A stretch of 64,000 nucleotides of DNA from Octopus vulgaris (lineage: Eukaryota), in NCBI GenBank assembly GCA_951406725.2, contig OX597820.1, positions 108,314,001-108,378,000 of the forward strand, given 5' to 3'. The notes below the pieces were generated by a model. It ran no database searches. It saw only the letters and a program-made list of their open reading frames with translations, and had not been told where the DNA came from. Positions within the stretch are counted from its first letter, which is position 1; the number at the start of each line of letters is the position of its first letter. Made by a program: the position numbers and the translations under genes. Positions 28,780 through 42,794 of this stretch are shown one piece after another.

Positions 28780-29083
28780 CTGTGATCACCGTGACTGACC
28801 AGGCTATCAGATGTTGCTACATATCGCCAGTCACAATGCACTTCGCATTGTTTTAGCCTTCAAATGACACCATCCTGCTGGCTAAACGAGCAAGTCAACA
28901 GAAGAAAGAGTGAGAGAAAGTTGTGGTGAAAGAGTACAGCAGGGATCACCACCACCTGCTGCCGAAGCCTCATGGAGTTTTAGGTGTTTTCGCTCAATAA
29001 ACACTCACAACGCCCAGTCTGGGAATTGAAACCGCGATCCTATAACTGCGAGTTCGCTGCCCTAACCACTGGGCCATTGCGCC
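28780..29083 (-). mobile_element. tRNA-headed SINE (family A)
   Basis: Homologous to 3509-3773. Confidence 0.8.
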
Positions 29084-30086
29084 AAGTATGGGGGTTTAGT
29101 TCACAAATGATCTAAATGATTAGGTATGCTAGGTAAGTGCTCTAACAGATTACTAGGGCTTCAAGGTTATAGCCAAGATGGTAGTTACGGAGCCATTGCA
29201 GATTTCTGATGCAGCAGATATATAATTGTTAAAGAGGACAATAAACATTAGGGCAAGGCAAACATTTCAAGTCGTATACATTATTATTAGTGGAAAAAAT
29301 CCAAAGTCTTACCGCTGTTTCTGGGATATCCCTGAGTATGGGACATTCCATCATCAGAGACAAATAGGGAAAAACAGAATGGTATATATTAACAAGATGA
29401 CACAGAGGAAGGGAGTAAGAGAATAAGGAGATAGAAAGAAAGAAGAAAAAAGAAGCATAAAAGCTCATAATTCAACTTTCCAATGTTATAGAAACAAGTG
29501 CATAAGTCCTTAGGTGCAATCCTGTGTAGATGCATGTGGGTTAAAATTGTGATATAATGGACATTCAGAGAAAAAAGATGTGAACCTGTCAACATTCAAT
29601 AACAGAATGGTAGTGGAGGTGGCTATTAAGTGGTAAAAAGAATGTACAGAAAATAGAAAGAGAGGTAGATAGTGTGAGGGGGAGAGGAAATTTTAGGTTT
29701 GGCTATAGGATAAAGTAAGGTGTATGGTGTCTAAGAATTGTGTACAAGGTAGCTGAGAAGATAAGACAGAGAACAAGGAGGGCGAGGTAGATAAGGTAAA
29801 AAAAAACAGAGCAAAATGAAAGGAATTTAGAGAGAGTAATAGGTGTCTGTGGTAGTCTTAAAGTCTATAGGTATTGGGGAGGAAATCTAGTAGAAACTGC
29901 TTGTGTCCATTCTGGTTAAGGTCAGTGGCTGTAGAGTTATTTTTATCAATGGGGTTGTGGGTGTATAAGTAGTCAAGAATGGAAGAGCTAGCTGGATGTT
30001 AACTTATTTATGAGTGGGAGTTAGAGTTGGCTATTAAGGAATTTTTGTTAGAGTGTGCTTTTTTCAGATCTATGTTTTTTACAAAC

Positions 30087-30152
<66 letters not shown>

Positions 30153-30423
30153 GCGATGGTTTTTGGTAGGCAGTGTCAAGTTTTACAATTCTGTAAATAA
30201 TAATAATAATATTTTATTAGCTTGAAGCTTATAAGTGGTCACCTTGTAATGACTAAAGAAAATTGTCTAATATTGGAGCATATAAATCCTCAACAGAAAA
30301 AAAGGATTTTTTTTTTGTATGCATGGGATGGAAACCCTACTTTAATCCGTCGAGGGCTTATATACCCCAATATTAGACCATTTTCTTTTCATCACTACAC
30401 AGTGGTTACTTAGAATCTTTAAG

Positions 30424-30469
<46 letters not shown>

Positions 30470-30472
<3 letters not shown>

Positions 30473-30506
30473 TAGCTTAAGGTGACCCGCTCTATGCGCG
30501 GGTAAG
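30470..30506 (-). mobile_element. Helitron-like 3' terminus
   Basis: Minus strand ACCCGCGCATAGAGCGGGT hairpin, about 9 nt, then CTAG|T into (TA)n. A similar terminus lies at about 59610-59640. Confidence 0.6.
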
Positions 30507-31574
30507 AGTGTGGTAGTTATTTTCTGCTGCTTCCTTTCAGCACGTAAAAAGCACCATCCGAACGTGGCCGATTGCAGTGCCGCCTTGACTGGCTTCTGTG
30601 CCGGTGGCACGTAAAAAGCACCAACTGATTGTGGCCGCTGCCAGCTCCCTGGCACCTGTGCCGGCGGCACGAAAAAAGCACCCACTATACTCACAGAGTG
30701 GTTGGCGTTAGGAAGGGCATCTACCTGTAGAAATACTGCCAGATCAGACTGGAGCCTGGTGCAGCCTCCTGGCTTCCCAGACCCCGGTCAAACTGTCCAA
30801 CCCATGCTAGCACGGAAAACGAACGTTAAACGATGACGATGATGATGATGATTCTCCCTCTTTGTTTCTCTCTCACTTTCCCACTCTCTTTTCTTTTCTC
30901 TCGGACTCTCCCTCGCTTTCTCTTACTCTCTATCTTTATCTATCTCTCTCCCATTTATAAACAACAAAAGATCTTGAGTAAGTTGAGAAATAGAATATTT
31001 TGAAAGATCAATCATAAATATCAGGCAGTGACAACGGAAAGGTCTGCTTCAAGGCAGACAGCAAAACACTAACATTTAAAAGGGACAGACGAACTTGCAA
31101 GCTGAATAAAAATAATAAAATATTGGAAACCAAAGTTTGAAGGGATAGAATCTGAGGATAGTAGAGTCACCATGGCTGGCATTTCTTAACGACGGACAGC
31201 AATGTATTGACAGTTTAACAGCTGGCGTAAAATTTTGAACTTGATGTAAAAGAAAATTCCTAAACACCAAGTTTTGAAGTGATTCTTTCTCACAACAGTA
31301 GACTCACCATGGCAAGCATTCAAAACTTCTTCATCATGGACGGCAACACATTGACAATTAAAAGGCTGGTGCAAATTTTTTAGCTTGATGTAACCGAGAA
31401 TTCCTAAACACCCACTCCTTTAAATTTTAATCCCCTTCCAGGCCCATTTATACCCCTTATCACATTTTGGTTAATATAACCCGATTTCATTCGGGTCTAC
31501 TGGGGCCACATTTTATAAGATGAGGAATTTTGTCCTAGAGGTCACGCCTTTCATTTGAGGAAAAAAATAGTTGT

Positions 31575-31875
31575 CATGCAAACTTGCCAGCACTTTTAAC
31601 ATAGGTCTGCATATTTTCAGCTCAACCGACCACATAATGCACACGTTATATATATATATATATATATATGTATATGTGTGTGTGTGTGTGTGTGTGCACG
31701 CATTATATATACAAATGTATACAAATTATATATATATATGTATAAATTAAATTAGAGATAAAACCACTAATAGGCAAATCAAACAGTGAAAAACATAAAG
31801 CAAAACATGCAAACTTGCCAGCACTTTTAACATAGGTCTGCATATTTTCAGCACAACCAACCACATAATGCACAC

Positions 31876-31948
<73 letters not shown>

Positions 31949-32065
31949 ACGCATTATATATACAAATGTATACAAATTATATATATATATATATATATAA
32001 ATTAAATTAGAGATAAAAACCACTATTAGGCAAATCAAACAGTGAAAAACATAAACTAAAACATA
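31575..32065. repeat. Tandem duplication (about 230-260 bp units containing microsatellites)
   Basis: CATGCAAACTTGCCAGCACTTTTAACATAGG..AACAGTGAAAAACATAAA occurs at about 31575 and 31806. Confidence 0.9.
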
Positions 32066-33985
32066 AAAATAAAAATATAATATACAGAATATATAAAATA
32101 TAAAATTGAAAAATTAAAATTATTTAAATTTAAAATTAAAATTATTGATTTATATTTATAATTTTATAAAAAAATATATATAACTATAAAAAAGTATTAA
32201 AAAGTTTAATATACATAAATACAGATATATACACTTTGTATATATACATTATATATACATATTTATACATAGAACACACACACACATATATAAATTAACC
32301 CAATAAATATCTGATTCATGATATTTGTTCTCATGATTGTGTGGTAGTGGTGGCAATGATAATTCTCTCTATGAATGCAGACAGACGTAGAGAGAGAATA
32401 TCTGATTCATAATATTTGTTCTCATGATTGTGTGGTGGTGGTGGCGATGATAATTCTCTCTATGAATGCAGCCAGACGTAGAGAGAGAGAGAGAGTGTGT
32501 GAAAGCGCTGTCGAAGGCGGGGAGGAGGGGGAGACTGAGGACGCCGTGACAGAACGTCATAAAGAGAAAGTGAAGGTAAGGGAGATAGACGCCATGAAAC
32601 AACGTTATATATAGAAAGTGATGGGAAGGGAGGAAAGAGAATGAGTGACGGAGGAAGACAGATACATAAAAGAATGAGAGTAGACTTGTCAAAGTGTGTT
32701 TTTGGCCCTAGCAACGACACCTTTTAAGATGGGGATTTCTAACCTATCCCACTAACATCCTCACCTCATTTTACATGTCCCTGCAAATTTTGGAGTCAAT
32801 CCGACGGGATCTAGTGGCTGAATCACAAAACCAATTTGGGACTAATGGGCCATTATATTTTCACTCAGCCCCATGTACTTTAATGATATTTTTTTATTAT
32901 CAACTAAAATGATAGTAACTAATAAAGAACTAAACACTAATAGATCCAGTCTTTCACTGCTTCAATAAACTTACTATTGTCTAATCTGTGACTGATTCTT
33001 ATTTGCCCAAGGTTTCAAGATATGCAGAGAAGAGGTGCAGATATAGCTTGCTTCCCATCCACATGCTTTGATTCCTGCTGTGTGGTACCTTGGTTAAGTG
33101 TCATTTACCTTGTGAGTAGAATTGGTAGACAGAAACTGAAAGAAACCTGTAATGCATGTATGTGTGTATGCATTTATATGTATGTGTATGTTTCCTGTGC
33201 TCTTTGTCAGGCATAGGAAAATATTACTTTAGTTGGAAACAAGTGAAGGTTGCTGATAGGAAAAGCACCTGGTCATAGAAAATCTGCCTCAACAAATTCC
33301 ATCTGATTTCTAGCAGCATGGAAAAGTGTCTGTTAAAACAGTGATGATGATACTGTCATTTGAATTAATGCCAGCACTTGGTTTGTGCTAATGTTGTGGA
33401 TGACAGAATAATGGAGATAAGAGCTAAGCTGACAACAAAGGAATTTCAAGAGAAAATAACAGGATATCTGTTTTTATCAAGTACTTTAGAAATATTATTC
33501 ACTGCCTCAGGTCTTCGTTGCCACCCAACTGCATAACCCAATCTCATAATGTTCTGTTCTAGTACATGATTTACAATTTCAAACAGAACTACGGTTAGCA
33601 ATGAATGTGTGTGATAACACAATTTAAATTCATGTTTGTATGTCTACAGAAGATATAGTGAATTCAATTCTGCCTATGACTTGCTCTGTGCTTTATGTTG
33701 TCAACCTTGGAATACTAAAAGGTTATAGGTGAAGTTGATAGGAGAGGTATTTCAATTCAATAAACAGGATATACTAAATAAGGCATTTTAATAGGTGTCC
33801 TGATTACATCATCTTTTCTTGGAATTGTTACCCACTTCACTCATTTTAAAGGGTGCCCTGATTACATCATCTTTTCTTGGAATTGTTACCCACCTCACTC
33901 AGACTTCTCTCAGCCTATATTGCATCATTAAAAACCATAAAGCTATATATATTAGCGTGTGATCATTACTAACTATTAAGCAACA

Positions 33986-34081
33986 ATGGCTGAAGAAGAG
34001 ATTGCAGCTCTTGAAAAGGCAGTGCAAGACCAAACTGAATTTTTGCAACAATTAGAAAGAAAGAATGCCGGAGAAGAAAAA
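33986..34081 (+). CDS. Paralogous WHEP-like first coding exon A (MAEEEIAALEKAVQDQTEFLQQLERKNAGEEK)
   Basis: acaATGG Kozak, 96 nt open, phase-0 donor GAAAAA|GTAAGGT. Aligns without gaps to exon B at 45264. Confidence 0.7.
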
Positions 34082-34405
34082 GTAAGGTCTTTTTTTTTTA
34101 ATGAATTTATATATGTGTGTGTGTATGTGATAATATAATACTTTTAGCTCTAGATTATTGTGTAATTGTGATTGTGATTTACGAATTTTTCCAATCTTAA
34201 GTGATATTTAATATTCACGGACCATTCATCCTCAAATTAATACAAAATAATAAGAATATCAACAATAATTCTGTAATTTTGACAAAAGGTCAGTAATTTT
34301 GAGGGGAGGAGGCAAGTCAATCACAATGACCCCAGTTCTTGACTGGTACTTATTGAAAAAGGATGCAAGTCAAACTCAGATGAATTTGAATCCCCCTGTT
34401 GAGCT

Positions 34406-34448
<43 letters not shown>

Positions 34449-35059
34449 CAAATGCCCTGATGCAGTACCAGGCAGTGGCTCTCATGGCTGCTGATCTTAA
34501 CTGATTGGAAGTGTTGTTATGTACATTGTTTTGTCTTGGTATAAAAGATGGGCTACAGCAAATATTCTGCTCAAAACCACAGATTTGCTTGTCAGTTGTT
34601 TGACCTTAACCAGTTGAGCATGTCCCTTAGTGGCTGACGATATGTACATCTCTGATCACGAGCAGAAGTAGTGCATCTCTGCACTATATGTGCATCTCTG
34701 ATCACGAGCAGCATCATAGCCATGTGTTGAGAGGTATTCTTTGGGGTTTGAATAATTCACCTCTGGAAACATGGGTGTTTTGTTCAACATCCTTAAACAA
34801 CCCTTATTCAGGGACCTTTTGAGCGGGATGGGTTACTCAACCAGAAGAAAATTCTAACTGGGCCCCCAACTGCAAGGTCATGTGCTGTTTATCTTGATAT
34901 GAGATCACCATGTTGTGCACATATGGTTGTGATGCATGTGCCTAGGGTACCTTTATCAGACGGGTATACTGGGCTTCATATATTTTACCCCAGTGTCACT
35001 TTGATGGCATGCACTGCTCTCTCACTCAATAATAATAATAATAATAAAAATAATAATAA

Positions 35060-35660
35060 TCCTTTCCACTGAAGGCACAAGGCCTTGAAATTTTGGGGGA
35101 GGGGACTAGTTGATTACATCAAGCCTGGTGTTTCACTGGTACCTAGTTTATTGACCCCGAAAGGATGAAAGACAAAGTCGACTGCGGTGGAATCGGAAGT
35201 CAGAATGTATCTGTAGCAGCAGATGAAATACAGCTAAACATTTCGTCCATTGTGTTAAGGATTCTGCCAGTTCACTGCCTTAATAATAATAATTACTATC
35301 TTATAATCATTATTATTTATTTTTATTATTATTGAGGCTGTGAGCTGGCAGAATCATTAGTATGACGGATAAAAATAATTAGCAGTATTTCATTTGTCTT
35401 TTTATTTGGAGTTCAAATTCTGCTGATGCCAATTTTGTTTTTCATTTCATCCATATAGGGGCTATAAAATAAGTACCAGTTGAGCACTAAAGTTGTAATT
35501 GATTAGCCTCTTAACCCCAAATTCTGCCAAGGTCGACTTTGCCTTTCATATTTTCAGGGTCGATAAATTAAGTACCAGTCAAGTACTGGGGTTGATGTGA
35601 TCGACATCCCCCCCCCCAAAAAAAAAATTTCAGGCCTTGTGCCTACAACAGAAGGATATA
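35060..35660. mobile_element. Head-to-head pair of SINE copies (family C) around a TAA/TAT tract
   Basis: GGC(A/T)GTGA(A/G)CTGGCAGAATC head on minus at about 35280 and on plus at about 35336. Both share the tail AATTTCA(A)GGCCTTGTGCCT. Confidence 0.65.
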
Positions 35661-37744
35661 TTATTATTATTTCCTGTGCAGGTGGCACATAAAAAAACAC
35701 CATTTGAGCATTGCTGTTGCCAGTACCACCTGACTGGCCCTTGTGCTGGTGGCACGTAAAAGCACCCAGTACACTCTTGGAGTGGTTGGCGTTAGGAAGG
35801 GCATCCAGCTGTAGAAACTCTCACAGATCAGATTGGAGCCTGGTGCAGCTATCTGGCTCACCAGTCCTCAATCAAGCCATCCAACCCATGCCAGCATGGA
35901 AAGTGGACGTTAAACAATGATGATGATAACACTGATGTCCACAGATTAAGAAATAACACTAATGACAATTAGTCCAATGCCTTTTTGTAGTAAAATATGC
36001 CTTATTTAAATTTTCAGCAATGCATGGATAGATTACTGCATATTTCTATTTTAATCAAGTTCTCTGAAAAAACTTGATCTTTTGATGAAATTTTATATAA
36101 ATACCTTTCACACAGCATACATTACGGTTATAAAGAAATTTCTGAGGAAAATTTTACTGACGGGGTGGGAAGAGGACTTTTGAAGAGTAAGAAATTTATA
36201 GATTATTTTTTTGCGTGAAAAGATATTTTGTTTTAATATTGTACCTTTACTTGTTTCACACACACACACAAACTCTAGTGTGTTTTTTTAGATGAATTAT
36301 TTATTCTTTATCTTTCCACAAACTTTTTTACCACTAACTTCCTTAACCTCTGCATTTTCACTTATTCATTTCAAACTTCTTTGAATTTTCAATCTAATGT
36401 AATCCACACTCTCTTGAAAACGTATTTCTGCAAAAGCTGGAATTCAGGGAATTACCATATGTATGACTATTAAATTTCTTTGCTTTTTAATGCTTTTCAG
36501 AAGTCTATGTTTCTGAGTTATGTACAATTTCATTTGGCCTTTTAATTGCCTGTCTGATAGTTTTCTTTTATTGAGTTATGGTATTAAGACATTAGCAACA
36601 AGTTGGGTGCATCTGGTAACAATTGTTTGTCTTGTTTAACGTTGCAATATTGCAGTCATAAAAGATCAAGTTTTTTCAGAGAACTTGGTTAAAATAGAAA
36701 AAACTTGGATATATATTTTTTTTGTTTGAGTAATAGAAAAAGGTTTTTAAAAAGATCTCATGTATCATGGTGAGAGGAACAAATTCATAAATATAGTGTT
36801 GAATATGGTTTCACTATAGAAAAAAGTTAAGGGTGATTTAGCATATCTCATGACCGTCTGATAATTTTCTTTTTTAATATTTTCGGTTAATTACTACAAG
36901 ATCTCTCAGTTACCAATAAGTAAGTTAACAAGCCTAATGGGTGTAGGAAAATCTGTATTGAATGTTTTAAAGTATAAGCCTAGTTGGGGGTAAGAAGAAT
37001 GTGTGGAGTGCAGTGGAAGCCTTGCATTAGTTACCCGATTTCAGCGCCAAAAATTGCAAAGGAAAAGTGCTTTAGTTTTTCAAATCTATTCTGCAATCTG
37101 GGATTATTATATATTATACATATTATATCCAGTGATTTTAAGAGGTAGGAAAAATATATTTTGTTTTAATATTGTACCTTTACTTGTTTCACACACACAC
37201 ACAAACTCTAGTGTGTTTTTTTAGATGAATTATTTATTCTTTATCGTTCCACAAACTTTGTTACCACTAACTTCCTTAACCTCTGCATTTTCACTGCATT
37301 TCAAACTTCTTTGAATTTTCAATCTAATGTAATCCACACTCTCTTGAAAACGTATTTCTGCAAAATGTTATCTAAAAATATGGGTAAAGAAACAGCAAAA
37401 AAATATTTGGAGGGGGTGGGGGTGAAATTTCCGAGGATTCCACACCACCCCGTTTTCCAGACCCCAAAAAGAGTTTTATGGCATATTAGGAGGTCACCAT
37501 AATTCATTCAACGAAAAAAAAAAATCAACTTACCCAATGATTCTGGGATGGGGGTGGTCCAGTTTCCTACCCACCCTTTTTCTGAACAAAAATAAGGGGT
37601 TTGCAGCAAATTGGGAGGCAGAGTGTGAAATTTGCATCATAGCATGTTCACTGATGTTAGTGTGAAACATTTGATGTCTGTTAGAAAGAAGATAGAAGGA
37701 AACAAAGAAACGGTCTGTCTTACCGCCTAAATGTTGGTTGTTTC

Positions 37745-38265
37745 ACTCATCACACTGAGCTAAACTTATTTATTAAGTGGGCCTGACTTGGATTAATATC
37801 TCCTCAGTTCTGGAGCTTGCAGGATTATTCAGAAGTGATGAGAAGAGACCATATGGTCTTAACCTCTGTCCCTGAGTAAAAGGTAGGTGCCTCGTCTAGG
37901 ACACCATAATCTGTGATTCTTTCGCTCCTGCCTACATCCTGGATGATGCAGTAAATGGGAGGGTCGCTGCTTCTGTAACCAAATTTAACAAAACCCTGAA
38001 GTATCGTAATGTGGCAGTGAACTATCTCTTCCAGCCTGTGGCATTTGAGACATTTGGAGGAATTAGGCCACTAATGGTGAAGTTCTAGTTATCATTGGCA
38101 GCTCGCCTCACTGAAATGTCAGGTGATGCCCATGAGGGTGCTTGGCTTCTCCAATGCCTTAAGCCTTGCCATCGCCCGTGGTAATGCCACAAGCATACAG
38201 ACTTGCTTCAGTAGGTTCCATGAACTTTGTAGTGTGCAACCAATTGAGGCACTTGGTGCTGCATT
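37745..38265 (+). mobile_element. CRE-clade-like non-LTR 3' remnant
   Basis: HTELN.., FRSDEKRPYG, FQPVAFETFGGIRP and LAIARGNA. It shares the 3' end GTGTGCAACCAATTGAGGCACTTGG with 41380-42130. Confidence 0.75.
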
Positions 38266-39132
38266 AATGTTTTTTCCTCCCTTTTTTTTTGTTTTCCTTT
38301 TGTAAAATATATTCTTTTTCATATTTTGAATAAAATATATATTACCACCCCACAAATAAATTAATAAAAAAGTACAAGAAACTAAAATATGAGAAAGCAG
38401 AAGTATAAGTTGCAATTAAACATTCAATCAACGACAATGTTGTTAAATGAAAGTATTTAAAAGGAGCTTTAGAAAAAGTGTTAAAATAAAAGCATAGGGT
38501 TAATGGATCTTGTAAAATTTCTTCCAACCACTTAAAGTTTTTCAAATTATCCTTAAAAATATTTTGATGTAGTTATGCATACTGCTTTAACCCACCCCGT
38601 TCTTTTCTTTTTTATCTCTCTTTTTCTATTTCTTTGTATTTAAATGCTACAATTAAAAAAAATTTGGCAGAGTTAAAGGACATGGACCCCCTTTTGGTTT
38701 TTTGGTGGTGGGGGACGAAATATGTACAAAAATACAGGGATTATGATTATGAAAAAAAATTTTGTAAAATTTAAAATAAAAAAAAAATGAATACTTCTAT
38801 CCCTGCCTGCACATCTATGACAGAAAGTAAAATTAAAGTGTTTTCTCTACTGTTTCACGCATGCGTAGAATTATACTAAAATAGCAGATGTAAAAAGTAT
38901 CTAAACAGAAAATTCCACATGCTAGAAACAGCAGCTAAATGAATTACGTTTTCAAAATCTTCAATTAAGTACACTCCTACCAGAAAGTCCGACAAGCTAG
39001 AAACAACACCCAAATCAAAGATCAACTTTCAAAATATGAATTTCCAAAAAAGAAAAAAATTTCTTTTGAAAAATTGAAAGTTAATAAATTTTTTTTTTTT
39101 TTTTTTTTTCCTGAAAGCTCTGATCATCCAAA

Positions 39133-39690
39133 ATGAGTGGGGCAGAAATCTGTAGTTATGCTGAAGAATCGTGGAATATTACTAAATTGGTAGAATCACG
39201 AGACAAGACAACATTCTTCAATTGTTGGCACAGCGGTTAAATTATGAACAGGTATACCTGTGAATATTGCAATTCACCATGTGGTGACATTATTGACGGG
39301 AAAGTTTGGTACCGCAAACTTTGTAAAATGTGAAAATCAATCCGTCATGGGTCATTCTTTGACAAAAGCCACGTGTCCCTGTATAGCATCTTTTTAATCA
39401 TTTATTGTTAGTCACGTGATATGTCACAAAATGATATGCATGAATCTTCTATACAAAGTAAGGCGAAGGTAAAGAATATGCACACCTGGTGTTTAGAGTT
39501 AGGGTTATGCCGAAAATGGGTGGTGTGCGTATTCTTTACCTGTGCCCAAAACTGCGATCATAGATTGGAGTAATTTCTGTTGAGAAATATATGATGTTTG
39601 GCTCAAACAAAATCCAATGCAAATTGGGGTCATTGATGCTTATGGGCAACCAATAGTTGTGGAGATAGACAAGAGTAAATTTTTTCATGC
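39133..39690 (+). mobile_element. Merlin (IS1016/ISXO2-like) transposase remnant
   Basis: CEYCNSP..DGKVW..SIRHGSFFDKSHVSL..IIYC, then after an 85-bp insert IIDWSNFC*E..QIG..VVEIDKSKF (first catalytic VEIDES-like motif). Confidence 0.8.
39462..39546. mobile_element. 85-bp micro-MITE inside the Merlin remnant
   Basis: About 25-bp TIRs GGCGAAGGTAAAGAATATGCACACC / GGTGTGCGTATTCTTTACCTGTGCC. The centre contains TTAGAGTTAGGGTTA. Confidence 0.75.
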
Positions 39691-41379
39691 AGTTTCACAC
39701 CTCTCCTTGAAAAATGCATCTGGCACATCACAGTGTGTATAATAATTATAATACATATACATATATATGTGTTGTCTATTTTTAATAAAAAATATTTACT
39801 CGTGTTTTAAGTTCTATCTTTCTGTGTGTATCACCAACTATATACATGTATAAATGGAGAGAGAGAAGCAATTACGCAGATAAACAAATTAAATATAACA
39901 GATGTAAGGTGTTATAAGCTGTTGGATTTATAACACCTTATCTCTACCCCTTTAATATTCTCTGTCATTTGTGCTCTGTGTAAGTTTGATCTATTAATAT
40001 ATGAATATCTATATATAAGGTATGTACTATGAGTGCTGTTTGGTTTACCACTAAAACTCCAGTTTGAACTGCAACTGAACATGTGATGTTAAAACTGCCT
40101 ATCAGAAGTGGCTATAGGTGGTTTTTTTCCTTGAGCAGATAGATAAAGATTAAAGTAAAAATGAAAAGGCAAACCGTTTGGGATCACTTGAAAAAGACAT
40201 TTAATTTAGATAGAGAATATATAGAATATAGAGTCTCGTGCAGTTGTTTCTAGAATAGCCAAGTGTGTGGATCATCATACTGAGTAAGGATTTCATAGGC
40301 TGAGTATACTGTCATCAGAGAGATGTAAAAGTGAGGGTAAGTCCTCAATCGATGATATTAGGGTAGTTCAGTTTGTCAAAATTGGGGGAAGGATATGTTA
40401 GGTAGATCCATGATCAAATGAAGAATACAGTTATAGGTAATATCCAACAGCAGCTTCAAATGAGAATATTCGATGATAATCCATGGTGAGGAATAGTGAA
40501 AGTTACCTGTACCAGTTTTGAATAGAGAATGAATGAGAGTAGAATAGGGATATTATACTATAGTCAGGAGGAAAGACAGGTGGATGTAGTAGAGTAAATA
40601 TATAGCAGTCAGTATAGTGGGGTATGCAAGTCGAGAGAGGTTAGCAAGTGCATGTATAGAGACAGGAAAAGGGATGAAGAATAACATATCAAATGATCAT
40701 CAAGGCTGGCCAGGGTTAGCAAAAATGGGAGGGATAAGGTAGTGATTGTAAAAAAGTAGTTGTAAAAGATAATGATCTCATGCTAAAGGGAGCCTGATAA
40801 TAATGGAAGTGAGGGGAGATTTGGGACTGGTTGTAGTGATGCTAGAAGTAAATGCCCATAATATTGAATATAAAATATAAAAATTTGTGGTGTTAATGAA
40901 ATGTATGCTCATTGGGAACTGAGGGATAAAAATAAAGATTTAAAATGATAAATCAAATAAAGATTTAAAATGGTAAATCAAAAATAAATAGATTAGGGAC
41001 ATATATTTACTAAGTTTAGATATAGTGAAATTGTAGGGCTCAAGAATGAAGGAACTAAATATCATATTAAATAAATGAGTGAAGAGAATTGAAAAGATTG
41101 ATTAATTATATGCATTTTAGTAATTCGTATATAGTTCCAAACCATCAAGAGAGATGCTGAGTAGTGTTCTATTAATTATTAGTGTGTTGCAGCTGAGAGG
41201 ATATTCTATTAGTTATGATCTAGGTGGGGGGATATTAAATATGGAATAAAGGAAAGAAAGAGAATCTACAGAAGGAAAAAGATGTGAAGATATTGTAATC
41301 TACATACCTATACTTAAATATTCATCGTCTGAAAATTTTCCGTCTTTGCTTTCTTTCTGTTTGCACATATACATACAGT

Positions 41380-42130
41380 TGAGGATAGACGGAGCAGAGA
41401 GTATGGGACAATCTGCACTCAGTTCCACTTTCAACTCTCTCTTTGATCAATTTTCAAGATGTTGCCTTCTGCTAATGCAAAATTCTCAAGGGACTGGATT
41501 GATGCCCTGCCTGTGGCTAACATTGATGGTCTACTCAGTCTAGATGAGCTCTGCATCTCCATAGCACTCAGAGTGGGAGCTGACGTCTGTGGGGAACTGA
41601 GATGTTCATGTTGTAGGCTCCACAACTCAGCAGGTTTTCATGGTTTGTCTTACTGCCTAAAACACTGCTTGCTTTGCTTGTCACACCAAGATAAACTTAA
41701 TCATTAAACAGGCCCTGGCATGGGTTAATATCCCCTCAGTTTTGAAGCTGGTGGGATAATGCAGAAGTGATGGGAAGAGATCAGATGGTCCTTACCCTTT
41801 GTCCCCAGGTAAGATATAGGTGTCTAGATGCTGTAGTAAATGGGAGAATCACTGCTTCTGTAGCCAAACAAAACAAAATTCTGAAGTACTGGGACTTGTC
41901 AGTGAACCATTTTTTCCAGCCTGTAGTGTTTGAGACGTTTGAATGGGCTGGGCCACTAATGGCAAAGTTCTTGTCATTGTTGGCAGCTTGCCTCACTGAG
42001 ACGTCAGGCGATGCCTATGCAGGTGTTTGGCTGTCCCAACACCTTTGGCTTACCATCAACCATGGTAATGCTGCAAGCATGTTGAACTTCGGGTGTGCAA
42101 CCAATTGAGGCACTTGGTGTTGCATTGGTG
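41380..42130 (+). mobile_element. CRE-clade-like non-LTR 3' remnant (Zn-knuckle + REL endonuclease)
   Basis: DWIDALPVA..ISIALRVG..CSC..HGLS..HQDKLN, RSDGKRSDG, KILKY, FQPVVFETF and INHGNAA. Confidence 0.8.
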
Positions 42131-42794
42131 TTTTTTCTTTTCTTTTTTGGTTTCTTTTTTCTTTCTTTGTTCCTCTTTTTCCATTGTTTTCCCCCTGGAT
42201 TTGGATTCGCATTTTTAATGTGATTTTTGCATTATACATGTATCATATACATACGTGTTATGTTCCAATAAAAGAATATTTCCTTAAAAACAAAAAATGT
42301 ATGCATATATGTGGAGTGGGGTTGCAAAATGGAATGTTTTTACTGCATTTTTTACCTTGGCACGAAATATAAATTTTTTATAAATGTTCATAACCTTCCA
42401 AAAACTATATCAGCTAAGCAAAAGGCCTTCCCTAAATGCCTTGAAAGTATTTTAACATAATATGATCACTATTTCAGAAAATTATCGTTGTTCTCTTTCA
42501 ACATATAATAGACAAATTTGGGTGGGGCAAAATGAGTAAGACAAGATAATATATATCTGCCACTTCAATTCTCTAGAATCACATTTGAAAAGACACTGAA
42601 ATTCGTCAGTATCCATCCCTAAACATTAGAAATGCAAAATAAATTTTAAACACCTAGGTCAAATGAAAGAGGATCAGGGGAAAATGGCACATGATATGCA
42701 ATCAATGAAACTCGATTAAAAAAAAAAATTCAACATAGAATATTCTCTATAGCTTCTTCACAATCTGCTGGAGTGTCCCCTTCATGATATATTT

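Noticed and set aside
39900-41340. Purine-skewed region (also 29100-30060) as decayed PLE
   Set aside because: The strand bias is suggestive, but no clear protein motifs could be recovered.
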